The position numbers were made by a program, and so were the translations under genes. DNA of 64,000 bases from the human T2T-CHM13v2.0 reference genome, Homo sapiens. Of the stretch, positions 63,547 to 64,000 are shown in pieces. Positions within the stretch are counted from its first letter, which is position 1. The number at the start of each line of letters is the position of its first letter. Under the pieces are notes generated by a model. The model was not told the DNA's origin and made no database searches. It was given only the letters and a program-made list of their open reading frames with translations. The DNA lies in assembly GCF_009914755.1 (NCBI RefSeq), contig NC_060936.1, one strand, 5' to 3'.

Positions 63547-64000
63547 TGTACTCTTCCATTTGCATGCTTCTAATGTAGATATACCCGAGACTGGGTAATT
63601 TATAAAGGAAAAAAACTTCAATTGAGTCACAGTTCAGCATGGCTGGGGAGGCCTCAGGAAGCTTACAATCATGGCAGAAGGGGAAGCAAACATGTCCTTC
63701 TTCACATGGTTGCAGGAAGAAGTGCCAAGCAAAGGGGGAAGCCCCTTATAAAACCATCAGATCTTGTGAAAACTCACTCACTACAACAAGACCAGCATGA
63801 GGGTAATCGCCCTCATGATTCAATTACCTCCCACCGGGTCCCTCCCATGACACATGGGGATTATGGGAATTACAATTCAAGATGAGATTTGGGTGGGGAC
63901 ACAGCCAAACCATGTCATTCCACCTCTGGCTCCTTCCAAATATCATGTCTTCACATTTCAAAATGCAATCATGCCCTTCTAACAGTCCCCCCAAATCTTA
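63547..64000 (-). mobile_element. THE1 LTR plus adjoining internal sequence running off the window
   Basis: 'acccgagactgggtaatttataaagg...gagatttgggtggggacacagccaaaccatgtca', then THE1-int-like 'cacatttcaaaatgcaatcatgcc'. Confidence 0.9.

Overview
This is primate (most likely human or great ape) non-coding DNA, judged from its Alu, L1PA, THE1, MIR, L2 and MER content. I find no intact host protein-coding exon, and no rRNA, tRNA or CRISPR array. (1) A CpG island at ~24.25-25.15 kb holds two apparently non-coding first exons on the minus strand, so 1-24.5 kb is probably intron of a gene I cannot name. (2) Upstream on the same strand (27.8-35.9 kb) lies a dense chain of exon-like units with splice sites, short introns, phase-compatible lengths and stop codons. 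It is a candidate decayed, unprocessed multi-exon gene and the most interesting signal here. (3) A full-length but dead L1PA2/3 element with TSDs (target-site duplications) sits at 50.7-56.8 kb, and an older 5'-truncated L1PA at 58.6-62.0 kb in the opposite orientation. (4) There are many nested or structurally odd transposon insertions. Repeat subfamily names come from recalled consensus similarity, not from RepeatMasker. Repeat boundaries are approximate unless a TSD is quoted.
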